This document shows, piece after piece, positions 33,401 to 45,400 of a DNA stretch of 64,000 nt. This DNA comes from Asterias rubens. Lineage: Eukaryota. Made by a program: the position numbers and the translations under genes. How positions within the stretch are numbered: the stretch's first letter is position 1; each line of letters opens with the position of its first letter. Under the pieces are notes generated by a model. The model made no database searches and had not been told where the DNA came from. It was given only the letters and a program-made list of their open reading frames with translations. The stretch is taken from the NCBI RefSeq assembly GCF_902459465.1, contig NC_047067.1, positions 20,770,001 through 20,834,000 on the forward strand, written 5' to 3'.

Positions 33401-35308
33401 GATACATTGATCTTATTGATTGTTATTACCAGTCCAAATGGAGTGCACCTCAGCATGCACAAGACGCAACGCGTGTTTCATCAGATCATCCAGCTTACGA
33501 GCTCCGGTATATTCCTCTTTCTGTCAGGAAAAAATGTAATAATAATAACTCAGGAAACAGCTGATCTGTATTGTTACACTGACTATCTAAGCTGGGACAA
33601 TAACCCACTCCTTTCACAGCCTTTTCACCACAAAGAAGAGACAAATGCACACAATTCTTTTAAACTAATGCTTTGCTTATTGCTACTCCTTAATTTACCT
33701 CTGGATAAATGTTGAGCGTAGGAAAGAATCGAACACCCTGGGCAGTACAGAGAGGATTGTCGTCATGGCAATTGACAGCTCCTATACGGATCACTCCTTC
33801 CATCTCTTTAGCAAATTCACGCCACTGAAGAAAAACAGTTTGAAAATGTTTTTAAAAACTTGAATTTTTACAGATTTTAGTTGCAGTATTATTCAGAGTC
33901 TAATATTGAGAGGCTGAATATCTCGCACAGGATGCTTAACATTATTGTGGTTTTTACACACTAAGATAGAAAGTATGACTGGGGTAGGTTGAACAATTCA
34001 CAAATGGTTGTTATTTTCTGGGAAAATGGTAGCAAGAGTAGGAGGGTTAAGACTTAGAGCAGATTTGAAGATTCTTACTATTGGTGCAAGGTCGTGACAA
34101 TGATGACAGCGCGGAGAGTAGAAATTGACAAACCAAATATCTTCACCAAACACCGATTGTTCTGCAGATCAAAAGAAAAATAACAGTTAAATTAGGCTTT
34201 AATCATAGTACATTATAAAAATAAAACAAAAATTTGCATATGAAAAATATTCTCACCGAAATCCGTCTTTGAAAGAGTCACCACCTCTGGGTCTTCATCA
34301 TATAAACCTGGAAGAAAAAAAAACATGAATAAGAAACTGTCTATCCTTAACAAACACACAATTCATACAGCAATATTCCTTTGATATTTTCCTTTGACAA
34401 CTTCTTCGACCTTTTCTATTTGTATACTCCCAACTCCTGACTCCAGACTTACTTTTCTTTAAAGTTAACAGAGTATAATCAATATCAATTCATAAACCAC
34501 AATTGAATATTGATGATACAACTTAATTTTACTTTTCTATCAAAAGGTGTCCAGGAACAAATCTAAATCTGCCCTAACCAAATTCCGTCTTGTAGTACTG
34601 CCAGCTCTCATAGCGGTTCCATCGTCCCTGTCCTTGCTGATCCTTGAGACCTTCCTCTCCAAAACGATCGTACTTCTTACGAAGGTCCTCATCTTTCAGA
34701 ACCTCATACGCTCGGTTAATTTCAACAAACTTGTCGTGTGCTTTGGGATCATCCTGTTAGTAACAACAAGATGAAAGATTTTATTCTTTGGTTGCACAGA
34801 AAAATGAGCTTAATATGATTTGAAGAGAATACATTAAGCAGATTTATAGCTTATAAAATGCATGACTTTACTTATTTAATGCAGGGCAATACTTGATCAG
34901 CTGATATTCAGGACTTGATTTACATGAAGCCACAGCCTTTGTTGCCCCTGGTTTTGGCCTTGGTGCTCTTTAGACAGTGTCCCACAGACTTTAAGATTTT
35001 ACAATGGAAGTGCCCTTTGCAAAATGAAAATGGTCTTGCCCTCTCTAAGATTAAATTCCAGGCTAGTAACTTCTTGAACCCACCTGGTTCTTATCTGGAT
35101 GCATCTTAAGAGCAAGTTTCTTGAAAGCTCGTCGAATGTCTTTGGTACTTGCATCTCGTTCAATTACAAGTAGCTCGTAGTAATCCTTAGCAGCAGAGCA
35201 CATGACCGCCATTGTACTCAATAAAACAAAGGCTATGATGGCACCCTTGACGCATGAACTTTGACCTCTGTTCATAAGCATATAAGGTCTCTTTGTCTTG
35301 GCATCCAT
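27469..35308 (-). CDS. DNAJC10: DnaJ homolog subfamily C member 10 (ERdj5), 819 aa, 20 coding exons: 35308-35084, 34753-34579, 34307-34257, 34161-34079, 33824-33699, 33520-33430, 33162-33085, 32781-32702, 32426-32298, 32063-31974, 31606-31484, 31243-31129, 30888-30752, 30632-30417, 30229-30074, 29598-29465, 28947-28746, 28232-28101, 27825-27742, 27501-27469
   Basis: Hydrophobic signal segment, J-domain (DYYELL...[17 protein letters not shown]), [11 protein letters not shown], four thioredoxin CXXC motifs (CHHC, CPPC, CGPC, CMPC), and C-terminal KDEL*. 2460 nt, all GT-AG, phase continuous. Confidence 0.96.
28473..28550 (+). mobile_element. tRNA-derived SINE head / tRNA pseudogene in a DNAJC10 intron
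   Basis: A box TGGTCAAGTGG and B box GGTTCGAATCC are present, but the acceptor and anticodon stems do not pair. Confidence 0.6.
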
Positions 35309-36319
35309 TGTAGTGATCAAGTTTGGAATCGAGTTGTTGATGAAATATTGCAGGATTTTCTTCTCAATTATTCAAAGAGGCCACTTCCGATGACCAAAGT
35401 TGTGTAGCTTGGAGGGTGCAAGGAGCATCAAATTATTTCCTTTCTTCATTGAACTAGAAAACAAAACAAAATAAAGTTGATTAAGTGCATCACTAATTTA
35501 ATTCTGAGTCTGACAATAAACTACATTAACCAAAGAAAACAGCTTGAGTTGAGGCTCATGTATTAACATAATGTTGATAGGTAACGTTATTGATAGGGTA
35601 TTGAAAGATGCTGTATTCAACCACTAATGTTTCACTTTCACACATCATTCATAGTCCAAAAAATAGCCCCAATTGTGAGGCCATCAACACCTACAAAAAG
35701 GGCTCTCTACTAATAATACTATATCATCTAATCAGTGTCAGTGTCTATGTCATTGTCTTTTTTACTACATTTACAAAAATCATGACAACCATCATTTATG
35801 ATTTCGTTTGATAAGAACAATTATTTTGCAAACCTGTTCACTGACAAGACTGGTCGAAATTGCACAGGTATGTGATTTGGTAAAGATATACTGGGGTTGT
35901 CCTGTTCTGTTCTGAGTTTGTTTACTTAACTGTCTGTATAATCAGTATCTGAATCAGATCACTATCTACGCCGGCAAAAATAAATCGGCGCACACATCAC
36001 ACCACAGACACAGTGATAACTTGACATCTATTCATTTTCTAAATGTTTAATAAACACAGTGTACATTTTAAGTAATATGGCATGTAATAAATCAATCGAC
36101 TTCAAAATCGGTCGTAAAATAATGTACTTACACAACATTTAACACAAGAGTTAGGTTGTCGTTGTCATCGCATCGAACAACTTCCTACATACACACATGC
36201 TTACGTGTACTAACTCAAAATTTAGTCTGCTACCCCAGATTTACAAGGCATGCATCCTTATGTCTCGAAATTGGGACCTAGACCCAAAAAAATAACAAAA
36301 CCTTTGGGTCAAGGTGACT

Positions 36320-36450
36320 TCACGAGAGGGCGTTTTTCGACTGAAGGCTTTATTTTAGGAGCGGGAGGGGGCGGGCTGCCTGTCGCACGCGTTTTTTTTA
36401 ACGCCTAGGTTGTGTGTGCTTGTTGTTTTAAAAAAAGGCGGGACATATTG
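36320..36450 (-). promoter_or_regulatory. DNAJC10: Probable DNAJC10 promoter
   Basis: CpG-rich patch with GC-box GGGGCGGG (~36368), GGCGGGA (~36437) and CACGAGAGGGCGT (36321), ~1 kb upstream of the first coding exon. An acceptor at ~35455 implies an upstream UTR exon. Confidence 0.4.
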
Positions 36451-37559
36451 AACAGTTTGTTGAATTTAACAATAAAGTCACCATATTTTGTTTTAACGAA
36501 TCAATGTTTTTGTTAGGCCTACACCACTACATACAAACACTCAAAAAGGGTGTTTCTTTGCCTACTTGTGCTGCTAATGAATAAGCTGTTTTGAAATTAA
36601 CTCCCCTCCGTTTCCATTCGAAAACCAAGCACCTGCGTGGCCGGCTATTCATTTACATTATTTTAACATCGTCTATTTTATTGGTTTCTTGGCATTTTTT
36701 CAGCATGGGACTACCATGACCCAATCGCCGGGGGGGGGGGGGGGGTCATTTTGATTTTGACAACGTCTTCTCGAACAACATGGACTGCCAGCTGCATATT
36801 TTATGTACATAATTATATACGGGCTAGGTAAATTCAGTGTGAAAAAAAAGTGATCGCCAAAGGAATATCTGGGGGTTTATGTTTTCGTGAACGATTTGAC
36901 AGATGTGATGCTGCTTCAAAACGAAACCCCCAATTTTGTAAACACATACAAAATGCTACATTTAAGTTTTTAAGCATTATTTTCACTCATCCTTTTTTTT
37001 TTTTTTGGGGGGGGGGGGGGTTCTCAATAACACCACGTTGTGACACATACGCAATAAAAAAAGGGGAGAACAAAACTAGAATAGAGCCTCATCAACACAT
37101 CAAACTTACAGCTGTCGAAAATAAATTACTCAATAATTTCACACAGTTTTGATTGAAATGCACAAGGCGCCACCAACCTGTGTTGAAAGCTGTGATTATG
37201 CAATTTTCTTTCCCATGGTATTGGTATTTTCAAAGAAAGAAAATAAATCACTACCTGTCGGCTGGGTAAAATGTATTACGTGACTCAACTGTTTTTCCTA
37301 CAGATTCGAGAAAAATGTCGCCTAGCAACCATTTTGATCCCATAGCCTACCTCATAACAATAAAGAAAAACAGTCGCTTGATTACATTTTGTTTTTGCTA
37401 TTAAAACTGTATCAAATTATCAAACAGACGATTTTGATCTAATCGACAACAATGCTATTGTACAAGTGCTGATAATAAAGATTGCAATGTTACATAGTAC
37501 ACGTTGTTCACGATGTACAAATCGTGGTAAAAACACAAAAATATAGACTGTGAACTCTA

Positions 37560-38010
37560 TTTGAACCCGCAGCCGTTTGTCCTTTGGATGAACCGATAGA
37601 AAGTACGGGCCGCGTTCGTTCCACTTAAACCCTAACCTTGAGTCAGCAAGCAAGCGCGTATCGCCAACATGACGTCATCGATTGCAGGACGCCAACCCGC
37701 ACTGGTTATCCATACCCTTTTAAGGAAAGTGTATCGAATTTGCTGGGAACCAGCCTTCTCGAGTCGATGCGCACTCTTGTGGTTTGGCGGAATTTCTCAG
37801 AAAAGGGTCATTATGGTTGGGTAAAATTATAATACAGAAGCTCTTGGTTGCACAATATGGTTCAGTGCTCATGACAATAGATTATTCAAATTCGAGCTCT
37901 GAATTGTGCAATTTTATAACAGAGGCTTAGAAATAATTATTATAAAATATGATTTCGGGGCTTGCACCTCAGCAATGAAATAAAAGGCAATTATTTTATG
38001 GCATATTAAT
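37560..38010 (+). other. CpG-rich structured island of unknown function (promoter / short ORF / possible ncRNA)
   Basis: Perfect CRE TGACGTCA at 37670-37677, a 51-codon ORF at 37669-37824, AACCCTAACC at 37628-37637, and a long hairpin at 37838-37928. Confidence 0.35.
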
Positions 38011-38829
38011 ATGATTAATTTTTAATTTCTTGCTATTAATATGTGTGCATTTTCATCAGCAATAGTGTGACGGAGGGATTGACATGGAACAGATTTGTTG
38101 GAATAATGTTGGGTTTCATTTGCTTGTTTATTTGCTTGTTTGTTGGTTTGCAGTGTTTGTTGGTTGTTGGTTCCGTACCGTATCGATTTTGGAAGTAACG
38201 ATTGCTTGCCCCTTTTCCATTAAAATATAATTGTCCCAATGGTGCTCTCTGGTCTAAATAAAAAAAAAACTAAAAAAAAACGTAAAGTACATGACCCGAT
38301 CATTTGTTTGAAGTGTTTAAGTAATTGTTGACAGGTTGTTCTTCTTCGTTTGTTTGTTTTGATTTTTATTGGCATTGTTGTCCTGGGTGCGGGTCATCAG
38401 ATCACAACATTACAGCAGGTTTGGTCCAATCAATAATTAACAACATGACCCAGTGCGTAATATTTTAAGGACATATCCGGCGTGTTACGTAAGGGGTGGT
38501 CTCAATATCACTTCGCGCATTCTAAAATTATTTTCATATATTTTTAAATTCTGACAAGTTAATGGACTTTTATTAATTTATTTCTCACATAACATCCATA
38601 AACAAGTTCAAACTGTTAAAACCTGCCGATTGAAAAAAAAAACGAACTTTGTAAGGAACTACTTGTTTTAGCGGATGTATTACTCAGCAACTGCATGCCA
38701 TGTGTGTACGTGGAGTACGATGTATACATGATATCAAGGTACATCCCTATCAAAGTGTACAGTTATAATGTAGATTCATAACGTGTGTTATGATCACACG
38801 CAAAGGGCGCCTGCCCTTAACTTGACCTC

Positions 38830-39001
38830 GCTTGTTGTTGTATCGATTTTCGTCGTGTTTTTACGTCGTTTTGAGCGCAAGTTGACCAACAGTAATCAAT
38901 GTCATTTATCTCCAAGATTCAGAAGATAACCAAGAACACCATAGGATAGAGGAAAGAGCGTTTATTGACCACCGAACTTCTAAAGTTTGGACGAGGAACA
39001 G
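38830..39001 (+). other. Possible non-coding first exon of an unidentified + strand transcript
   Basis: CpG-rich start and a consensus donor AACAG|GTAAGG at 39001/39002. No downstream coding exons recognised. Confidence 0.3.
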
Positions 39002-39510
39002 GTAAGGATTTAGACCGAGTTTGGTCCCGTGCAGTTCGCACCGTGTGTGTTGTGTTTTCGTTGTGCACATAGTCGTCTGTGTATTTACTGTCGTCTGTGC
39101 CTGCGCGTGCGACCAAAACAATGTGCAGCTCTCCCAAGAAATGTTTATTGAACATTGGTCATGTTTGTGCAGTTGTTGCTGAAACATTCCCAAATTCATA
39201 TCCAATTACTAAAGTGAAGTATTCAGAAGTACTGAGCCTAGTCAGTAGGCCCAAACATGACAAACGACCAACAAACAAGTACATTTATAACACGGGTCGG
39301 GCAATCTGCATACCAATTTTATTTGTGATATGGTGACATGACATCCCTAGGGTACCGCATCCCTAGTGTAGTCTGTAATGTTTGTTAAAAGGACCGTTCA
39401 GCATAGTCGGGTTGATTATCACCATGAAGTAGTTATCCTGACTGCATACCAGGCAACTTGACCTAAGTTTCACATTTTCCTGTTGGTACACTTTGCAGAA
39501 ATCTTTGCAG

Positions 39511-39642
39511 GGATAACTTTCCGTATGGCGCCACCACTTTTCCCCTCATTTTTACAAAAAGGGATATCTCTTTGAGGTAAATTAGATACTATATTATTTC
39601 ATATTGAATGAAAAAGTGGTGGCGCCATACGGAAACTTTTCC
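39511..39642. mobile_element. 132-bp Merlin-like MITE, copy 1
   Basis: ~31-bp TIRs GGATAACTTTCCGTATGGCGCCACCACTTTT / AAAAGTGGTGGCGCCATACGGAAACTTTTCC; 8-bp TSD CTTTGCAG on both sides. Confidence 0.9.
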
Positions 39643-39724
39643 CTTTGCAGTTCCACCGGCCACCCCACATTTTTTGTGATGATATTGTTCGCTGTCCTGC
39701 ATGCCTAGACCTAGTTGCGATATG

Positions 39725-39856
39725 GGATAACTTTCCGTATGGCGCCACCACTTTTTCACTCATTTTTACAAAAAGGAATATATCATTGAGGTAAATAAGA
39801 TACTATATTATTTCATATCGAATGAAAAAGTGGTGGCGCCATACAGAAACTTTTCC
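39725..39856. mobile_element. 132-bp Merlin-like MITE, copy 2
   Basis: Same TIRs and internal sequence as copy 1 with several substitutions; a different 8-bp TSD, GCGATATG. Confidence 0.9.
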
Positions 39857-41342
39857 GCGATATGTAACCATCCTCCCTGGCGGCGAAGAGTAGGGTTACG
39901 TTAACGCAACTAGCCTAGACCCAGTAACCAGGGCTCTGTGCACATTTTAAATTTGTTTTGACAATTGTATTTTCAAATTAGTAATGAGTCAGAGGTCCAT
40001 AAAGATAACAGGAGAGAAACCAGCATTAATGTTTTCTTTCTTATACTTTCTGATAATCACTGAAATTGCATGAACTGAGTTCAAGCATTGTAGCTAGAAC
40101 GTTAAATAAATTATTTCAAAAACTTGATCAGTTCTTTGATTTAAAAAAAAACCATAAATAGAAGTTTTAGTACATCTTTGGTTTCCAATACAAGACTATT
40201 TTGGATTGTGAATCGAACTTGATGGACTTAATTTTGTAGACAAACAATTGTTGACTGGAATTTGAGATGGCTCGACTGCTACACATACATGTAGCTCATG
40301 TATACATGATGTAGGTCAACAGTAAGTAACTTCCTGTCTTTGATATTAGTATTGGCAATTCATTGGTGAAGTACATGTACATGTAAAGGTCTAAAGGTCA
40401 CTGTAGATCAGTAGGCTGGTCTCAACGATCCCATCCATAATGTCGGATGATAGAGAAACCATGTTCTAGATTCTGACTTGTGACACAACAGGAATATTGA
40501 TCGCTCAATCTTGCAGCCCCCATGTGGTGAAGCGATAGATACATTCACCCATGGGGAATGTGCAATGTGTGTTTCCTTGTAGAACATCACGTAGCGGTGC
40601 ATCAAAGTAACATTAATGTGTCACGTAAACTGTCTTTTATTTATCTTCGGAGAGGATCTGTGTTATAGTAATTTCAGGTTATGAAATCTTCTGGGTGCCA
40701 ACATGACTTGTTCACTTCAGTCTTCAATACGTACAATCACAAAAGAGTTACATGGTGTGGACGTACAAAATGTACTTGATGAATCTGTTTACTGTAGACC
40801 CCATGTACATGTACTATGCATGTAGTACGGAGTACACACAAATTGTAAATTTATAGAAAATGTAGCCTAAATAATTACGTTAAGATCAATAACAAATTTT
40901 CCTTTAAGAAGCGTTTGAAAACCATCAGTTTAGTACAATTGACATGTTGTTTTTGCAATAAATAATTGATTGTGCAGTCAGCTTGGAAACTTCTTAATAA
41001 TACAAAACTGATGTTCCATCTGGTTTCTTGTGAACTAATGTACACGTACATAAATGCATAAAATTTGATTCCATATTGTAAGATAATCTTGTACTGCTGT
41101 TATCTCACATGTAATTTCAAAATCATTCAAGCAAGTGCTTGTGCTTCATAGTTGGGGATCTTAGATGTACACAGCTGTGTGCCCTGATACTTCATTATGG
41201 CAGTAACAAGTACAGGTTAAAATGGCTTCCGACTAGCACCCCCCCCCCCCCTCCTATGGCAAAATTTGGAGACTGCTTACTTAAGAGGTCGCAGGTTTAA
41301 GTCCCTCTCAAGTACAACCTAAAAATCAAATAATTTTCTTAA

Positions 41343-41752
41343 AGGGTCTATGTACTTTTTCCTAACACAAACCACAGTGTCCACAGATTTTAAACTTTCA
41401 CAGTTTGAAGATTATGATAGTAGAAAGCTTCCCTTGAAATTTTACTTACTGAGGTGCTGTAGTTTTTGAGAAATGAGTAAAACAAATAATCTTCGTCTCA
41501 GTTTTAGCATGTAAAAATATATTAACCAATTATGCTATGGTTTTGGTATAATATCATTTAACTGTTTTGGGGGGATTTTACATGCTGAAATAATTTTCGT
41601 CTTCCTGAGACGAAAATTACTTTGTGACTTGTCTTACTGGTTTCTCAAAAACTACACAACCTCAGTTAGTAATAGGGAAGATTTCCTCTATCATTATCTT
41701 CAAACCCTGTTTGATGTAAATCTGTGGACATTTTGAAAAAGTACCCGAATCT
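41343..41752. mobile_element. Kolobok-like (TTAA-flanked) non-autonomous element
   Basis: TTAA|AGGGTCTATGTACTTTT ... AAAAGTACCCGAATCT|TTTGAA; imperfect TIRs beginning AG, plus internal inverted segments. Confidence 0.5.
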
Positions 41753-43192
41753 TTTGAACTTGCAGCGATTCAATTAACATGGATGACATTTAAATTTGTT
41801 TACTGGTACATGTATTTTCAGTTCCTTTTGTTAAACACTGACAGACCATCTGTCATATGAGCAAAAATGTAATGAATAATTCCAACAGCCATATGAAGCA
41901 CTGAATGCATTTAAAGCCATTTGTATGGGTGCATTTACATGTAGGCCTCCGTGTAGCCCTACATAATTTTGAAAGGAAAAAAAAACCCTCTGTGGTTTCC
42001 TTTCCTTTTCAAATTCATTGTATTCATTATTTAACTTCCGAATTGCCACCAGATGGTATTGTACATGGGTGTCCTTTTCCTGCACAAGCTGTCTAGTACT
42101 TCTGTGCCATTAATGATATAATATTAGAAATATGGCATATAAAACCATAAGAATACCAGGAACACAGTGTGTGATCTGTGGTCGTGACCCTTATGGTCCC
42201 TGCTTTAGTACTGGTATGCAAAAGGTTTTTTTTTCTTCATATGGTTAAAGTTTGGTGGTGTCCCCATTATATATGGCATGGATTGGTTTACACCCAAAAA
42301 AAACCAACGAACTTCAATTGACTTCTCAATCATTTCTCAATCAACATTATAGGGCTTTGTCAATAAACATGATAAAGCAAAAGGTTTTATCAACTTTGGT
42401 CAAATACTTTGTTTACTTGTATTGCCTTGGTGTGGAACTGTTTACCCCTGCTTCTCCTGCATGTATCTTTCCTTGTATACATGTACGTGTAGTGAGATTG
42501 AAGAACTGTTTTGATACAAATTTACATAGCTGTATGCAAACACAAGTTATGCTGATATCAACTTTTTACAAACAAGCTTTAAAATCATTACCCTAAATCC
42601 CAGTTTTGCTAGATTTTTTAAGGGTTCAATACAGAGTAACCCAGTAGTAACATACATTTCGTGATCTGTATTCCGTTCAATAAAGTTGAAGAAAACATGT
42701 TTGGCAAGAAGCATTAGATTCGTCTTTCATAACAAAACAATTTATTATTGAAATGAGTATTGGATTGTAGGCTATAACAAGCAGTACTAAAGGAGGTTAC
42801 ACACCCGTACCTGTACAATGTATGTTGTTACAGTCACCCTGTAGGGTACCAGATGAAAGTTATTGACCCCTCGCATTCATCATTTGCGCCGTTATGGGAG
42901 TCAATTCCTTCGTGCACATTTTGACTCACAACATGGTAGAAAAGATAGGCGTATGTAAGCTCGCTCCGCATTGTGAAATTGGTCAATAGGTACAAGTGTC
43001 AAAATTATACAGTTTATTCAAAAAGCAAAAGTAAGAATTCACTATTACCATGGTTTTTCCCTTAAGAGTATTTCTTGGAATTGATGAACTATTGTGCTAT
43101 TCAAAAGTCACTATGAATCAATCATCTACAATTGTCAGGGGACATAGCTCTGTATTACGATGTTCGAGACCAGAGGTAGTCTCTTACGTGCT

Positions 43193-44015
43193 TCAGACTT
43201 CTAAATCTAAGGGGGTTTCGGATCTCCATTGCCACAAGCTTTTTATGTCTGGATTCAAACTAGGTCTCATATTTTTCAGTGACTTCTGTCTTCTCTCTCT
43301 GTTAAACCACAGGATTCTCACATCCTTCTGTTCTCTTACAAGAGGAACTTCGCAAATTGAATTATTTCCCAGCAGATTGAAGAATCTGCTAAGTACCTGT
43401 ATATTTTAGACAGATTTTAAAGTGAATATTAAGTCTAGAACAAAATTCTTATAATGTTTGTAGTGTTTGTAAATGGACAATTAGAGAATTGAAAATAAAA
43501 ATTAAGACTTTTAAATTGTGATTACAAAGAGAAATTACATTCATAAGAGGCAATTGGTTCCAGTCTCCTTGTAATTACTTTGATGGCCCTTTTTATGCCC
43601 CAGTATCAATTTCCTTCATAAAGTTTTTTGTCAACAAGAAATAAATGGAACAAATTTCAGGATATAAGAAACAATGCATGTTCATGTAGGCCTATATCCT
43701 GTATTAAAAAAATGTTCAACTTTATACATCCTATCATAATGAAATAAAACTAACAATTTAACTTCATAAATTTCCGTCCACTTGTTCAACAACAGGAAAG
43801 TGCTTACTTTCCTTCTCCTTTTCCTTAAATGAGGAGGTTGAGTCAATGTCAATGACTTTAGAGGGATAGTACCTTTACCCCACTTACTGTACTTCTAGGA
43901 TCCTTCCTCTGTCCTTGTTCCTGCATTTGTTTGTCAATTGGTTTGAAATACTGAGGCATGTCTGGACTGCCGGTGTGATTTACTGTCAGGTGGAAGCAGT
44001 CTTGTTTGTTAGAAA
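43193..44015 (-). CDS. Candidate 3' exons of an unidentified gene: 44015-43888 spliced to 43396-43193 (~110 aa, ending ...WQWRSETPLDLEV*)
   Basis: Two TACAG acceptors and a GTAAGT donor; the join is in frame and the terminal exon is open for 67 codons. No recognisable domain; upstream exons not established. Confidence 0.3.
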
Positions 44016-45400
44016 CTGTAAAAACATACTTGGTTTCACCAAAGACTGACCAAAACAGCCGGTAATAAAATAACAACAAATATATTGATACCCCCCCCCC
44101 CTAAAAAACACACAACAAAATAAATACATAAATGAATAAATAAATAGATGAAATAAAAAAGGAAATAAACGATAAAACAAATAAAAACAAATAATAATAG
44201 TGTTTGTATTACTTGGTAATAAATTGCTTCATAAAAACTAAAATCATCAAGTTTTTTACTGCTCTTTTTTAACTCTTGAGTAAACATTTGTTACTCTCTA
44301 TGTTGTTTTTAACAATGCAATTTAACTGATCTATAAAAAAAAGAAAATATCTTCCTGTTTATTGGTTTGTTGTTCCAAACCCCTTCAGTTGTTTCTCCCA
44401 CGCACTGTGATTATTTTTAACTAGAATCTTTCAATCCAAGAGTAAAACCCCTTTGGAAATGAAAACTAAAGAAAAGGAATTTGTAACCAATACTTTGGAA
44501 ATGAAATATCCTCTTAATTTCAGTTGGATATTAACTTTCCTTGAATAAACTCTACAGTGTTCCTGTTCTGCTCTGCGTGTTGTGAGCAAGACGGCAAGAG
44601 AAATTTCTTAGAAGTGTTTACGGCAGTCCCTAATTGGGATGTCATAGCTGGAGATTGCTCCATGGCTGGAGGTACTGTGAGGAGGGAATCGAGTAGATGG
44701 CCTACAGTATTCACTGCACAGCCTCAAGCCTTTTATGAACTGTGGGTTGATGGAATGTTATCAAACATGTACACCTACACATAAAATACTTTTTACCACC
44801 AGCAAAAAGAAAACAGACTAAATATGTTTGTGATATTTGATATCAACTTACAACAAACATATTGTTAAATTGAATTCTCTGTTTTTCTGAAAATATATAA
44901 AGTTAAATGTCGACCTGATTATAAGAAATTGTCTTAAATAAGATGTGGCATGCTGACCTGATTTTACTTTGACCTGCATTACACGCCTTAAGCTTTCTTC
45001 TTCTACATACATTATATATCTGTTTTCTAAATTTATCTTACTGCCACATGAAATGTGTTTGGATTGTTTTATTAGCTGAGGTGTTATGTGACATTATTGA
45101 AGAGTATCAGAGTTAGGGCCAATAGAAATGTTATTCAGGGATGCATTATATATGTAATGTTATGGCAAGAAAAACTCAAGAACCTTCAAAAACTCTTGAC
45201 TTTTAAAAGTCTAAGACAACAACTTCATGTATAGATAACTATCCAGATTTTAATCATAAAAAGCAGCCATTCATCAAACATTGTTCTCAAATTTTGTAGT
45301 ATTTTATTATAAAATTGTTTGATGATGTGGTTAGACTTTATATACTTTGTGGTTCCTGAGGTTGTGATGTTTAATTGTTGCTCATCTATCTTCAAGTTTG

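Noticed and set aside
34341-34370. U12-type branch point ATCCTTAAC followed by CAG
   Set aside because: On the strand opposite DNAJC10, with no matching RTATCCTT donor.
36729-37021. Poly-G tracts as functional G-quadruplexes
   Set aside because: Mononucleotide G/C runs are scattered through the window (e.g. ~25231, ~41240, ~60305) with no positional pattern.
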